Shown here: positions 1 to 8,564 of the stretch, in pieces
Layout: each line of letters begins with the position of its first letter
Position numbering within the stretch: the first letter of the stretch is position 1
Assembly (NCBI GenBank): GCA_965219345.1
Contig: OZ244732.1
Span: 672,001-736,000 of the forward strand
From: Nitrosopumilus sp.
Lineage (GTDB): Archaea > Thermoproteota > Nitrososphaeria > Nitrososphaerales > Nitrosopumilaceae
Direction of reading: 5' to 3'
DNA: 64,000 nt
Made by a program: the position numbers and the translations under genes
The notes under the pieces: generated by a model
Told to the model about the DNA's origin: nothing
Seen by the model: the letters and a program-made list of their open reading frames with translations, nothing else
Database searches by the model: none

Positions 1-52
1 AACAAGAAATACACGGAGAAATTTTGAAAATATTCTCCAAGAAAATAAGATT

Positions 53-1288
53 ATGAAAAAAAGTCATCTGGACATAATTGATCCAATCCATGATTTCATT
101 CGTGTTTATGAACATGAACTATCAATAATTGATGATCCACTTTTTCAGAGATTAAGACGAATTAGACAGCTTTCTGGTGCTCATTTGACATATCCTGCAG
201 CTCAACATACAAGATTCGAGCATTCATTGGGGGTCATGCACATTGCTAGTTTAGCAGGCCATGCATTAAATGAAAAAGGAATTTTCAAATCAGATGACAT
301 TGAAATTCTTAGATTAGCTGGTCTCTTACATGATATAGGGCATGGACCATTTTCCCATCTTTTTGAGGAAATAATCCAGGAAAAAAAAATTTCACATGAA
401 GACTTTGGTAAAGAAATTATTCTAAAATCTGAAATTGGTGACAATTTATCAAAAAATGGCTTTGACAAAAAACTCATTACAAGAATTGCTTTTGGAGATT
501 CCAAATTTCAATACATGAACGAAATTGTTTCAGGTACACTTAGTGCAGATATGATGGATTATTTGCTTAGAGATGGTTATTTTACTGGAGCAGAACACGC
601 AAAAATTGATCATAAAAGAATCACTCAATCACTTGATGTACATCAGAAAAAACTAGCCTTGGAACGTTCAGCACTATATTCTTTTGAATCAATGATGCAT
701 TCTAGATATCAAATGTTCAAAGCAGTTTACTTTCACAAAACTGTAAGAGCAGCAGAAGTTATGCTGATTGAAGCATTAAGACTCTCTGATGATGAATTTG
801 GTTTTACCACTTTTAATCTAAATGAATATGTCAAACTTACAGATGAATACGTTTTATCAAATCTAATCTCATCAAAATCTTCAAAATTGAAACGTGCTAG
901 ACAATTTGCACAAGATTATCAAAACAGAAAATTGCTGAAATGTGTGTTTGAGAGAATCTTGACCAGCAGAACTAACTTGAAAAAAACACGAACTAACGAA
1001 CTTAGATCTACCATTTCTAAAAAATCCAAAGTTGATGAGAATGAAATTTTTGTTGATAGTTCTGTTACCCCATCAATTCCCCTTGCGCCATCCAAAAATG
1101 AATCAAAATCTATAATTTTGATTACAAATGAGAATGGAAAATCCTCAGCAAAAGAGATGCCAATTTCAGAAATTCCTGTAGTTTCTGCAATTTCTGGATT
1201 CATGAATATTCTAAGAATCTATACCCACCAAAAGAACAGAAAAAAAGTTGAAATTGCCGCCAAATCAATCCTTGGTGATCTAAAGTGA
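53..1288 (+). CDS. HD-domain phosphohydrolase (SAMHD1/dNTP triphosphohydrolase-like)
   Basis: Motifs [52 protein letters not shown]. Confidence 0.9.
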   Translation: MKKSHLDIIDPIHDFIRVYEHELSIIDDPLFQRLRRIRQLSGAHLTYPAAQHTRFEHSLGVMHIASLAGHALNEKGIFKSDDIEILRLAGLLHDIGHGPFSHLFEEIIQEKKISHEDFGKEIILKSEIGDNLSKNGFDKKLITRIAFGDSKFQYMNEIVSGTLSADMMDYLLRDGYFTGAEHAKIDHKRITQSLDVHQKKLALERSALYSFESMMHSRYQMFKAVYFHKTVRAAEVMLIEALRLSDDEFGFTTFNLNEYVKLTDEYVLSNLISSKSSKLKRARQFAQDYQNRKLLKCVFERILTSRTNLKKTRTNELRSTISKKSKVDENEIFVDSSVTPSIPLAPSKNESKSIILITNENGKSSAKEMPISEIPVVSAISGFMNILRIYTHQKNRKKVEIAAKSILGDLK

Positions 1289-1968
1289 AAAAGAGAATTG
1301 TCATCAAATTATCTGGAAGAGTTTTTGGTGCGGATAATATCAAAATACTAAAAGACTATGCTGAATTTCTAGTAAAAATAAGTAAAATTTGCCAACCAAT
1401 TGTTGTTGCAGGTGGTGGACACATTGCACGACATTACATTTCCCATGCAAGATCGTCTGGTGCAGATGAATCTACTCTTGATGAACTTGGAATTGAAATT
1501 TCAAGACTTAATGCAAAGCTATTGATTTATGCTCTAAAAAATAGAGCGTACTCACATCCACCAACTACTTTACAGGAGGTCAGACATGCAGTAGATGATG
1601 GATTAATAGTCGTAACAGGTGGTTTACATCCTGGTCAAAGTACTAATGGTACTGCTGCATTGATTGCTGAAAAAGTACACGCTGAACAATTCCTTAATGC
1701 TACCGATGTTGATGGAGTTTATGACATGGACCCAAACAAATTCAAAAAAGCAAAAAAATTCAAGCGGATTGAACTCAAAAATTTGAAAAAAATGTTGATT
1801 CATGAAGATTCTGTCGCAGGAGGCTATGACTTGATGGACATTGTTGCCCTAAAAATCATTGAGCGCTCTAAAATCAAAACAAGAATCATAAAAGCTAATC
1901 CCAAAATTATTGAAAAGGCCATAAAGGGTGGAGATGTCGGCACCCAAATAATTCTCCCTTCAAAATAG
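1285..1968 (+). CDS. pyrH: Uridylate kinase (archaeal type)
   Basis: [30 protein letters not shown]; GTG start overlaps upstream stop. Confidence 0.93.
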   Translation: MKKRIVIKLSGRVFGADNIKILKDYAEFLVKISKICQPIVVAGGGHIARHYISHARSSGADESTLDELGIEISRLNAKLLIYALKNRAYSHPPTTLQEVRHAVDDGLIVVTGGLHPGQSTNGTAALIAEKVHAEQFLNATDVDGVYDMDPNKFKKAKKFKRIELKNLKKMLIHEDSVAGGYDLMDIVALKIIERSKIKTRIIKANPKIIEKAIKGGDVGTQIILPSK

Positions 1969-2325
1969 TTATTCAGAAATTTCGTTTTGAATTGTTGGTC
2001 TTGTTTCAGACCAAATCTGAATCTCTTTTCCTGAATATTCAGGAATTCCTGATTCTCGAAGTTTTTTGAAAATTGATATGGCTTCATCTTTTTCTACCGT
2101 CTTTGATTGAGCCTTTGTAAAGCCATCTTTATCCACAATTATTGCCACATCCCCACCTTCAGAATTAATCACAGCAGTAAATTCTTCCTCTCCAACTGGC
2201 TGGAATTTTCCATCAACTTTTTTGGTTGTCAAAGTCAACATCCCAAATCCAGCTGCTTCAAACATCTTCATTTGTGATTTGCTTGCTCTTTGTTTTCCTT
2301 GTTGTACTGCTTGGAAATATTGCAT
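1969..2325 (-). CDS. Hypothetical protein
   Basis: 118-aa ORF with ATG start, abuts pyrH convergently; no recognised motif. Confidence 0.7.
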   Translation of the reverse strand: MQYFQAVQQGKQRASKSQMKMFEAAGFGMLTLTTKKVDGKFQPVGEEEFTAVINSEGGDVAIIVDKDGFTKAQSKTVEKDEAISIFKKLRESGIPEYSGKEIQIWSETRPTIQNEISE

Positions 2326-2396
2326 GATTTTTTTCTGCCTCCAATGATATAATAACTATCTTAACATTTAAGATATCTAGAGAATAAGCAAAAATA

Positions 2397-2954
2397 ATGA
2401 ATTCTAAAATCTTTGTTATAATTGCAGTTGCCGTACTTGTTTCTATATTGGGAGGAATTCTTATGGTAGGACCTACACAGATCACAGAGTCACAAGATGA
2501 CATTACTTCCGAAACTCAAAGCACTTCACAAGTTAAACCTCTTCAAATTGAACTAGAAGATATTTCTATTGCAAAAATTTCAGAACGAGCAGCTACAATA
2601 AAGATTTCATTCGAAATAATCAATCCTAACCCAGGTGCTTTTATCGTTCAAACTATGGATTATCAATTATTTGAAACAGGTTATTCTGAGTCTGAACAAA
2701 TTTCAGGTGGTGAAATAGGAAGCAGACCCACAGGGATGGTGGAATTTGGTTCAAACTATTATGTTCTTCTTGGTGATAACTCCATTATACTAAAAGACAC
2801 TATAACGTTGAAAAATTCTGGGAATACTCCTGAATTATGGGACCATCTTCAAGAAAACACTGCAACTTGGCGAGTTACCGGTGATGTCTTTTACAATCAA
2901 AGCTCTATGACAAGTGGTCAAGAAAATGAACTTCATTTTGAATTTACCAAATAG
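2397..2954 (+). CDS. Membrane-anchored protein, LEA_2/WHy-like beta fold
   Basis: N-terminal TM helix; 'FEIINPNP' resembles the LEA_2 NPN motif. Confidence 0.6.
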   Translation: MNSKIFVIIAVAVLVSILGGILMVGPTQITESQDDITSETQSTSQVKPLQIELEDISIAKISERAATIKISFEIINPNPGAFIVQTMDYQLFETGYSESEQISGGEIGSRPTGMVEFGSNYYVLLGDNSIILKDTITLKNSGNTPELWDHLQENTATWRVTGDVFYNQSSMTSGQENELHFEFTK

Positions 2955-3013
2955 AATAGATAGTATCATAAAATTTTAAAATTATGATAATTTGTTTTTA
3001 GAAAAAAAATATT

Positions 3014-3028
3014 GGCAAAGTTATAAAA
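3014..3028 (+). promoter_or_regulatory. BRE/TATA promoter of the micro-ORF at 3053
   Basis: Purine-rich GGCAAAG then TTATAAAA about 25-30 nt before the ATG, consistent with a leaderless archaeal promoter. Confidence 0.6.
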
Positions 3029-3052
3029 GCCCGTAAAGTCGTTTTTTATCAA

Positions 3053-3163
3053 ATGGCAGAAGCAGGAATGGCCGCATTCGGCGCAGCAGCAGGAGTGGCA
3101 GTTGCACTAGCAGTAGTGACTTTCGCTCTACGTGGTAAGGGACATCCCGAAACACTAGAATAA
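3053..3163 (+). CDS. 36-aa single-TM microprotein (not in ORF track)
   Basis: MAEAGMAAFGAAAGVAVALAVVTFALRGKGHPETLE*; GC-richer than flanks, GCA-biased codons, TATA upstream, T-tract downstream. Confidence 0.75.
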   Translation: MAEAGMAAFGAAAGVAVALAVVTFALRGKGHPETLE

Positions 3164-3165
3164 AC

Positions 3166-3200
3166 AAAGGAAAAATCCTTTTTCATATTTTTCATTTTTC
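3166..3200 (+). terminator. Short hairpin plus oligo-T terminator
   Basis: AAAGGA-aaaa-TCCTTT followed by T-rich runs directly after the stop at 3163. Confidence 0.5.
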
Positions 3201-3204
3201 TAGA

Positions 3205-3852
3205 TTAATCTTTGTCGTCCTTGCCAAAAATTCCCATTAGGGATATTTGTTTGGCATTCTTCTTTTTCATGAAACATCTTTCAAAATACTGACAGTCGGA
3301 ACAATCAGATGATGGTTCTAGGATAGGTGTTTTTTGTTCTTTAAGAAGATTATTTAGAACTCTAACTCTTCTGATTACTTCCTCAAACATCTTTTTGTTA
3401 CGTGTTAATGAAAAAGTTATTTCTTTCTTGTCTCCCGTAACGTAAACAATCGCTCCATCGACTTTGTCATATATCCACATGCATGCGTTAAGAAATAGAA
3501 CATCATTTGCTTGAGGATTTTCTAATTCACCTAATACTGATCTGAATAAAAGAATGGAATCATCCACTACCATATCAACCTGTCCCTTTAGCTTGATATC
3601 GTCTATTGCAAATTCTTTGGGTTCGCTTCCATATTGTAATTTTCTTAGTAATCCAGAGAGAAGATCATTGAATCCTCTTCTCTCAATCTCATTAGGATCT
3701 ATCCTATCATAATATGAGCGTCTTAGACATTGAGTTACTTCTTGAAGATGAATAGTTTGAATATCCTTAGAATCTATTTCAATTTCTAATTCTCTTCCCA
3801 TAGAACTTATTGCATTATGAATTATACTTCGAAAATCTCTATCTCCCATCAT
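3205..3852 (-). CDS. Solo Cas4-like Fe-S protein with degenerate nuclease motifs
   Basis: N-terminal 'QCLRRSYY' plus C-terminal CxxCxxxxxC (CSDCQYFERC) Fe-S staple; 'GQVD' motif II; no ExK. Confidence 0.7.
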   Translation of the reverse strand: MMGDRDFRSIIHNAISSMGRELEIEIDSKDIQTIHLQEVTQCLRRSYYDRIDPNEIERRGFNDLLSGLLRKLQYGSEPKEFAIDDIKLKGQVDMVVDDSILLFRSVLGELENPQANDVLFLNACMWIYDKVDGAIVYVTGDKKEITFSLTRNKKMFEEVIRRVRVLNNLLKEQKTPILEPSSDCSDCQYFERCFMKKKNAKQISLMGIFGKDDKD

Positions 3853-3884
3853 GATATATCATCTTGAAATTAGATCAATATAGG

Positions 3885-4115
3885 TTAATTCATAATCTTG
3901 TTTAGATACTTTGAAATTCTGCCTGAAAACGCAAGTGTGACAAAATGAACCCCAAACCCTAATACTGCACCAATAATCAGATTTCCAGTTCCATAGTAAA
4001 TTCCCAAAAATACTCCTAGTGAAGGCAGAGCAAAAATCAATGCCATAGAGATACTTACCCAATTTGTAAGAATATCAATCGACGTTTCATTTTTTTTTGA
4101 TGGAAACTTATTCAT
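3885..4115 (-). CDS. Small 2-TM protein, AtpZ/AtpI (ATPase gene 1)-like
   Basis: 76 aa, two Gly-rich hydrophobic helices, 13 nt downstream of ATPase subunit C. Confidence 0.55.
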   Translation of the reverse strand: MNKFPSKKNETSIDILTNWVSISMALIFALPSLGVFLGIYYGTGNLIIGAVLGFGVHFVTLAFSGRISKYLNKIMN

Positions 4116-4128
4116 TTTTTATACCAAA

Positions 4129-5163
4129 TTATTCTGTGTCTAAAATCAATTTTGATATAGTAGTTTCAGTTGGTATTTTTTGTTCTACTGCGTAAGCAAT
4201 TGCTGCAAGATTTCTTACTTCAAATGCAGTTAGTTTTGTAATTCCTACTGTTGTTGCTAAACTGAACATTTTTGTGAAAGAGTTTAACGATGCTTGATAA
4301 ATTGCCATTTCGAAAGATCTTTCAAATTCAGCTATTGCATCTAATTCATTTTCATTCTGAGGAACCAAATCCCTATATTTTGTGTTAGAAAGTTCGCTAA
4401 ATGCATCTCTTAATGATCCGGCTGCCATCATTCTTACTAGCAATTCTTTAGCAGCTGGGGATTGAATTACAATTAAATCCTGAATCTGTGGTTCATCAAG
4501 TCCCCAAAACTTACCTCTAATTACACTTAGAATGTTGTAAAAATCAACATCCATTCCAATTAATTTACCTGCATCAATACCTCCAGATTTTAGTGCATTT
4601 ACAAGACGCAAATACAAAATTTTATCAAAATATGTATCAAAGATTTGAATATTCTTCTTATCTGCATACAAAGCAGCTGCTTTTGTGATCTCTTCACCAA
4701 ATTCTACTTGGCTTAAACTTGCAACAGTTTCTTCCAAATCTTTTGCGACAAGCGCTTTAACCACAATATCTCTTTGTTTGATTAATTCTTCAGCCCGAAG
4801 ATTAATGTGAGCTTCAATCTCTTCTTGAGATTTTCCCAAAACTTTTCCTTTTAGAATTTGTTTTAAATTAGAAATAATAAATTTCAAATAATAAGCATCT
4901 AAGATACGTGACTCACCAGCAGTTTTCGCAATGCCATAATGAATTTCAGCTAGGTGACTTTTTAGAGCAGACTCAATACCAAGAGATGTGTAAGGTTTCT
5001 CTACTTCAGACACTGCCTCTCCATAAACTGTATTTTTAATTCTAGTCATTAGTTCATCAAGATCTCTTGATTCTGCCAGGGTTTGAAAATCTGCTTTTTT
5101 CAGTAATTTTCCTCTTTTACTATATGATTTTACAGATGCATAGACATTTTTAGATCCACTCAT
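4129..5163 (-). CDS. atpC: A/V-type ATP synthase subunit C (AC39 family)
   Basis: 344 aa helical; 'GKLLKKADF', 'DVDFYNILSVIRGK', 'FEVRNL' typical of subunit C. Confidence 0.88.
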   Translation of the reverse strand: MSGSKNVYASVKSYSKRGKLLKKADFQTLAESRDLDELMTRIKNTVYGEAVSEVEKPYTSLGIESALKSHLAEIHYGIAKTAGESRILDAYYLKFIISNLKQILKGKVLGKSQEEIEAHINLRAEELIKQRDIVVKALVAKDLEETVASLSQVEFGEEITKAAALYADKKNIQIFDTYFDKILYLRLVNALKSGGIDAGKLIGMDVDFYNILSVIRGKFWGLDEPQIQDLIVIQSPAAKELLVRMMAAGSLRDAFSELSNTKYRDLVPQNENELDAIAEFERSFEMAIYQASLNSFTKMFSLATTVGITKLTAFEVRNLAAIAYAVEQKIPTETTISKLILDTE

Positions 5164-5219
5164 TTTGACTGTTTACTATACGTAACCGATTTTAATGTTT
5201 GGCGTTTTCTTGTTTGTGT

Positions 5220-5894
5220 TTAGGACTGGGTTATTTTATTGAGAAATTTAATGGATTCTTCCTTTTCTTGTTTGGATAGTTTTAAAAACGCCTCTAGAAA
5301 CTCCTTTTGAATACCTAAAGATTCATCAGAAATTCCCCCAAGTTTTGATAGATCAAAAGGAAGTAGATCTTTAATTTTATTATTACAAAAAGCCTTTACA
5401 TATTTTTGAAGAATTGAATATGTAAAATTGGGGCTAGTCTTCAAAAGAGTAGAGAGAATTTTTTCAAATTCTTTTTCAGTAGATTCAGACTTAGAAAAAA
5501 ACTCATTCAGTAAATTTTCTCTATTTTCAATTTCACTTATTGATAGTGCTATCAAGATACCCTTTCTGGTCAAATGATAGTATGGAATTCCTATTTTTTG
5601 AAGAGCCTTTGGGCCTCTTTTTAGAGGTAACCTTCCATCCTCTTCCGCAATCTTCATTGGAATTAAAATCTTATCTAAATCACGAAATATCCCTGAATAG
5701 ATATTCTTCCAGGTAATTCCTTGTTTTTTTGCTATTCTTTGAGATATCCCTGTTCTGGTTTTCTCTGCAGGATTTACATTGCTGGCAAGTATTGTGATAA
5801 TTGCTCTCTGTCTATTCGCTTCTCCTGTTAATTCTTCACCTTTAGTCTTGAATGTATTAAAAATTGCTAGGTTAATGACTGATTTTACCGTCAT
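5220..5894 (-). CDS. Hypothetical protein, probable winged-helix domain
   Basis: 'TRTGISQRIAK...YSGIFRDL...YYHLTRKG' resembles wHTH ending in YxLTxKG; divergent from amt. Confidence 0.55.
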   Translation of the reverse strand: MTVKSVINLAIFNTFKTKGEELTGEANRQRAIITILASNVNPAEKTRTGISQRIAKKQGITWKNIYSGIFRDLDKILIPMKIAEEDGRLPLKRGPKALQKIGIPYYHLTRKGILIALSISEIENRENLLNEFFSKSESTEKEFEKILSTLLKTSPNFTYSILQKYVKAFCNNKIKDLLPFDLSKLGGISDESLGIQKEFLEAFLKLSKQEKEESIKFLNKITQS

Positions 5895-6020
5895 TTCACA
5901 TCTCTGACCTGATTTTCATATTTTATGTTACTATCAGAATATACTAAAATATAATAATTTACTTTTTTATAAATTTTGGCGTCTCCAATCCTTAAATCCT
6001 CTCCAATTTCGATAAATTTA

Positions 6021-7583
6021 ATGAATTCTAGGAACTACAAGTATGCTCTATTACTTGTAGCCGCAGTATCCATCACAGCAACTGGTGCAATGTCTCAAGC
6101 ATATGCACAAAGTGTTGAAGATGGTATGGACGGATATGTTCTTGGAACCAGTGGAATTTACACTGGTAATCCAAACGAGTGTTGGTATGATGATGGCGAA
6201 GGTGGCATGCTTCCTTGTATGGTAGATACAGGTGATATGGCATGGATGCTAACGGCAACATCATTGGTACTCTTCATGACTCCTGGCGTTGCATTCTTTT
6301 ATGGTGGTTTATCCAGATCAAAGAACGCAGTAAACGTCGTCGGCATGACCTTTATCGTTATAGGTCTAATGTCAGTACAATGGGTTCTATGGGGATACTC
6401 GCTAGCATTTGGTGGAATTGATAATGACGCAAACATGTTCATGGGTAATTTGGACTATGCTGGATTTAATATGGTCTCAGCATGGGCTCCATTAGGTGAA
6501 GTAGGTCCATGTGGAGACACGTGGTCGGCAGCTTACCAAATGAACGCTTTCAAGGAAGGCGATGTTTGTAGTCAAGGTTGGCCGGGTACAGTACCTCACC
6601 AACTATTTGCAATGTTCCAAGCAACATTTGCAATTATCACTCCAGCACTAATTGTTGGTGGTTTGGTTGACAGAATCAAATTCAGCGCATTAGTAATATT
6701 CGTACTCTTATGGGGTACCTTCGTTTATGATCCAATTGCACATTGGGTTTGGGGAGGTGGTTACATAGGAGGAGGTTCAATAGACCTCGATCCAGACTTA
6801 TCGCCATCATACGCATTAGACTTTGCTGGTGGTACTGTAGTACACATTTCTTCAGGATTTGCTGCATTGGCAGGAGCCTTAGTCCTTGGCAGAAGACTCG
6901 GATATGGCAAAGTGCCAATGGAACCACACAACGTTCCAATGGTTGTACTTGGTGCATCCATACTATGGTTTGGTTGGTTTGGTTTCAATGCAGGAAGTGA
7001 AGTAATGGTAGACGGCATTACCGTAAGTGCATGGACTGTCACTAATACCGCAACTGGTATGGCTTCAGTTACATGGCTTTTGATGTCATGGGCACATACC
7101 GGAAAACCAAGCATTGTTGGAGCTGCATCAGGTGCAGTAGCAGGATTGGTAGCAATCACTCCAGCTTCAGGTTGGGTAGGTCCAATGGCTTCGATTATAA
7201 TCGGTATCGCTGCTGGTACAATTTGTTATGCAGCTATAGCATTCAAGAATGCACGCAAATGGGACGACGCATTAGATGTATGGGGAGTACACGGAATGGG
7301 TGGTTTCACAGGTGCAGTTTTGACTGGTACATTAGCTAGTCCACACGTTTGGGATACTGGAGACGGTATTGGCGCATGGACTGGTACGCCAGAAGGAATG
7401 GAACAGCAAGCAATCAGCATCATTGGGGCCTGTATATCAGTAGCCTATGCCTTTGGTGTTACCCTTGTAATCTTCAAAATTATGGATGCCATATGGCCAG
7501 GCGGAATCAGAGTCACTCCTAAAGAAGAGGAGATTGGCATTGATTTGGCACAGCACGGCGAAAGAGCATACGTCAACGAATAG
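6021..7583 (+). CDS. amt: Ammonium transporter (Amt family)
   Basis: FMTPGVAFFYGG, FQATFA, DFAGGTVVH, WFGWFGFNAGS, DDALDVWGVHG; ATG at 6021 preferred to TTG at 5976. Confidence 0.97.
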   Translation: MNSRNYKYALLLVAAVSITATGAMSQAYAQSVEDGMDGYVLGTSGIYTGNPNECWYDDGEGGMLPCMVDTGDMAWMLTATSLVLFMTPGVAFFYGGLSRSKNAVNVVGMTFIVIGLMSVQWVLWGYSLAFGGIDNDANMFMGNLDYAGFNMVSAWAPLGEVGPCGDTWSAAYQMNAFKEGDVCSQGWPGTVPHQLFAMFQATFAIITPALIVGGLVDRIKFSALVIFVLLWGTFVYDPIAHWVWGGGYIGGGSIDLDPDLSPSYALDFAGGTVVHISSGFAALAGALVLGRRLGYGKVPMEPHNVPMVVLGASILWFGWFGFNAGSEVMVDGITVSAWTVTNTATGMASVTWLLMSWAHTGKPSIVGAASGAVAGLVAITPASGWVGPMASIIIGIAAGTICYAAIAFKNARKWDDALDVWGVHGMGGFTGAVLTGTLASPHVWDTGDGIGAWTGTPEGMEQQAISIIGACISVAYAFGVTLVIFKIMDAIWPGGIRVTPKEEEIGIDLAQHGERAYVNE

Positions 7584-7590
7584 AAAAACC

Positions 7591-7614
7591 CCTTTCTTTT
7601 CTTTTTATTTTTTT
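7591..7614 (+). terminator. Oligo-T terminator after amt
   Basis: CCTTTCTTTTCTTTTTATTTTTTT just after the stop. Confidence 0.55.
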
Positions 7615-7653
7615 AATACAAATCAATTTAGATTTGATCAATTTACAAAAATC

Positions 7654-8430
7654 ATGCTAATTACGACATCTGAATTAGAATCAAAACTAGAACAATCTAA
7701 ATTATTATTAATTGATACTCGTTCGTTTAAGGAATATTCGCAGGGGCATATCCCAAGATCAGTCAATTTAGATCTGTTTGCATTTCATTGGATAGATACA
7801 ACAAAAGATGGAATACAAAATTTTAACAAACAAGCAGAGATGATCTTTTCATTTTTAGGGATAACCCCTGAAAAGAAAGTTATTTTTTATGATAATGTTT
7901 CTGGAATGCTAGCTGCAAGAGGTGTTTGGATGTTGGAATATTTTTCACACCAAGATGTATCTTTGTTAGATGGAGGGATGAAAAAATGGAAAAAAGAAAA
8001 TCGACCAATTGAAACAAAACCAAACCCATTTCAACCCTCAAAATTTTCTGGAAAAGTTAATCCTGAAATCATTTCTAGTTATGAATACATTTTAGACAAT
8101 ATTGATTCACTAAAGATTATTGACGCTAGATCTGATGAAGAATATAACGGAACTATTGTAAGGGCAGCACAAGTAGGGCATATTCCAAAATCTGTCAATA
8201 TTGATTGGAATCTTAACATCAATGATGATGGTACTTTCAAATCAAATGAAGAACTATCCAAACTTTACCAAATACCGAAAGATTCTGAAATTGTGACTTA
8301 TTGTCAAGGCGCTTATCGTGCTGCCAACACGTTTCTTGCATTAAAGAAACTTGGTTTTACAAATGTCCGTGTATATCTAGGCTCATGGGGAGAATGGGGA
8401 AATAAACTAGATTTACCTGTGGAAAAATAA
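7654..8430 (+). CDS. Tandem-rhodanese sulfurtransferase (SseA-like)
   Basis: GHIP twice, active-site YCQGAYRA, YLGSWGEW; likely start ATG 7654 (MLITTSEL). Confidence 0.92.
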   Translation: MLITTSELESKLEQSKLLLIDTRSFKEYSQGHIPRSVNLDLFAFHWIDTTKDGIQNFNKQAEMIFSFLGITPEKKVIFYDNVSGMLAARGVWMLEYFSHQDVSLLDGGMKKWKKENRPIETKPNPFQPSKFSGKVNPEIISSYEYILDNIDSLKIIDARSDEEYNGTIVRAAQVGHIPKSVNIDWNLNINDDGTFKSNEELSKLYQIPKDSEIVTYCQGAYRAANTFLALKKLGFTNVRVYLGSWGEWGNKLDLPVEK

Positions 8431-8463
8431 TTACGAAAAATAGACCTTAAGCATTACAACAAA

Positions 8464-8550
8464 CTATGAACTAACTACCATAACGCCAAAAATGGCAAAT
8501 CCAGCCATAATGAGCGCAGGAATTAAAGTTATTATGAATTCTTTTGACAT
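8464..8550 (-). CDS. 28-aa single-TM micropeptide after ATPase subunit I (not in ORF track)
   Basis: MSKEFIITLIPALIMAGFAIFGVMVVSS*; ATG 14 nt after the atpI stop, preceded by AGGAG. Confidence 0.6.
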   Translation of the reverse strand: MSKEFIITLIPALIMAGFAIFGVMVVSS

Positions 8551-8564
8551 TATCTTTCTATCTC

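Noticed and set aside
6073-7423. Antisense and alternate-frame ORFs within amt (and similar ones in atpA/B, thiolase, nrdJ, ALDH)
   Set aside because: Shadows of strongly biased coding genes; no motifs or expression signals
7486-7653. N-terminal extension of the rhodanese ORF
   Set aside because: Overlaps the amt 3' end and terminator; the domain starts at ATG 7654
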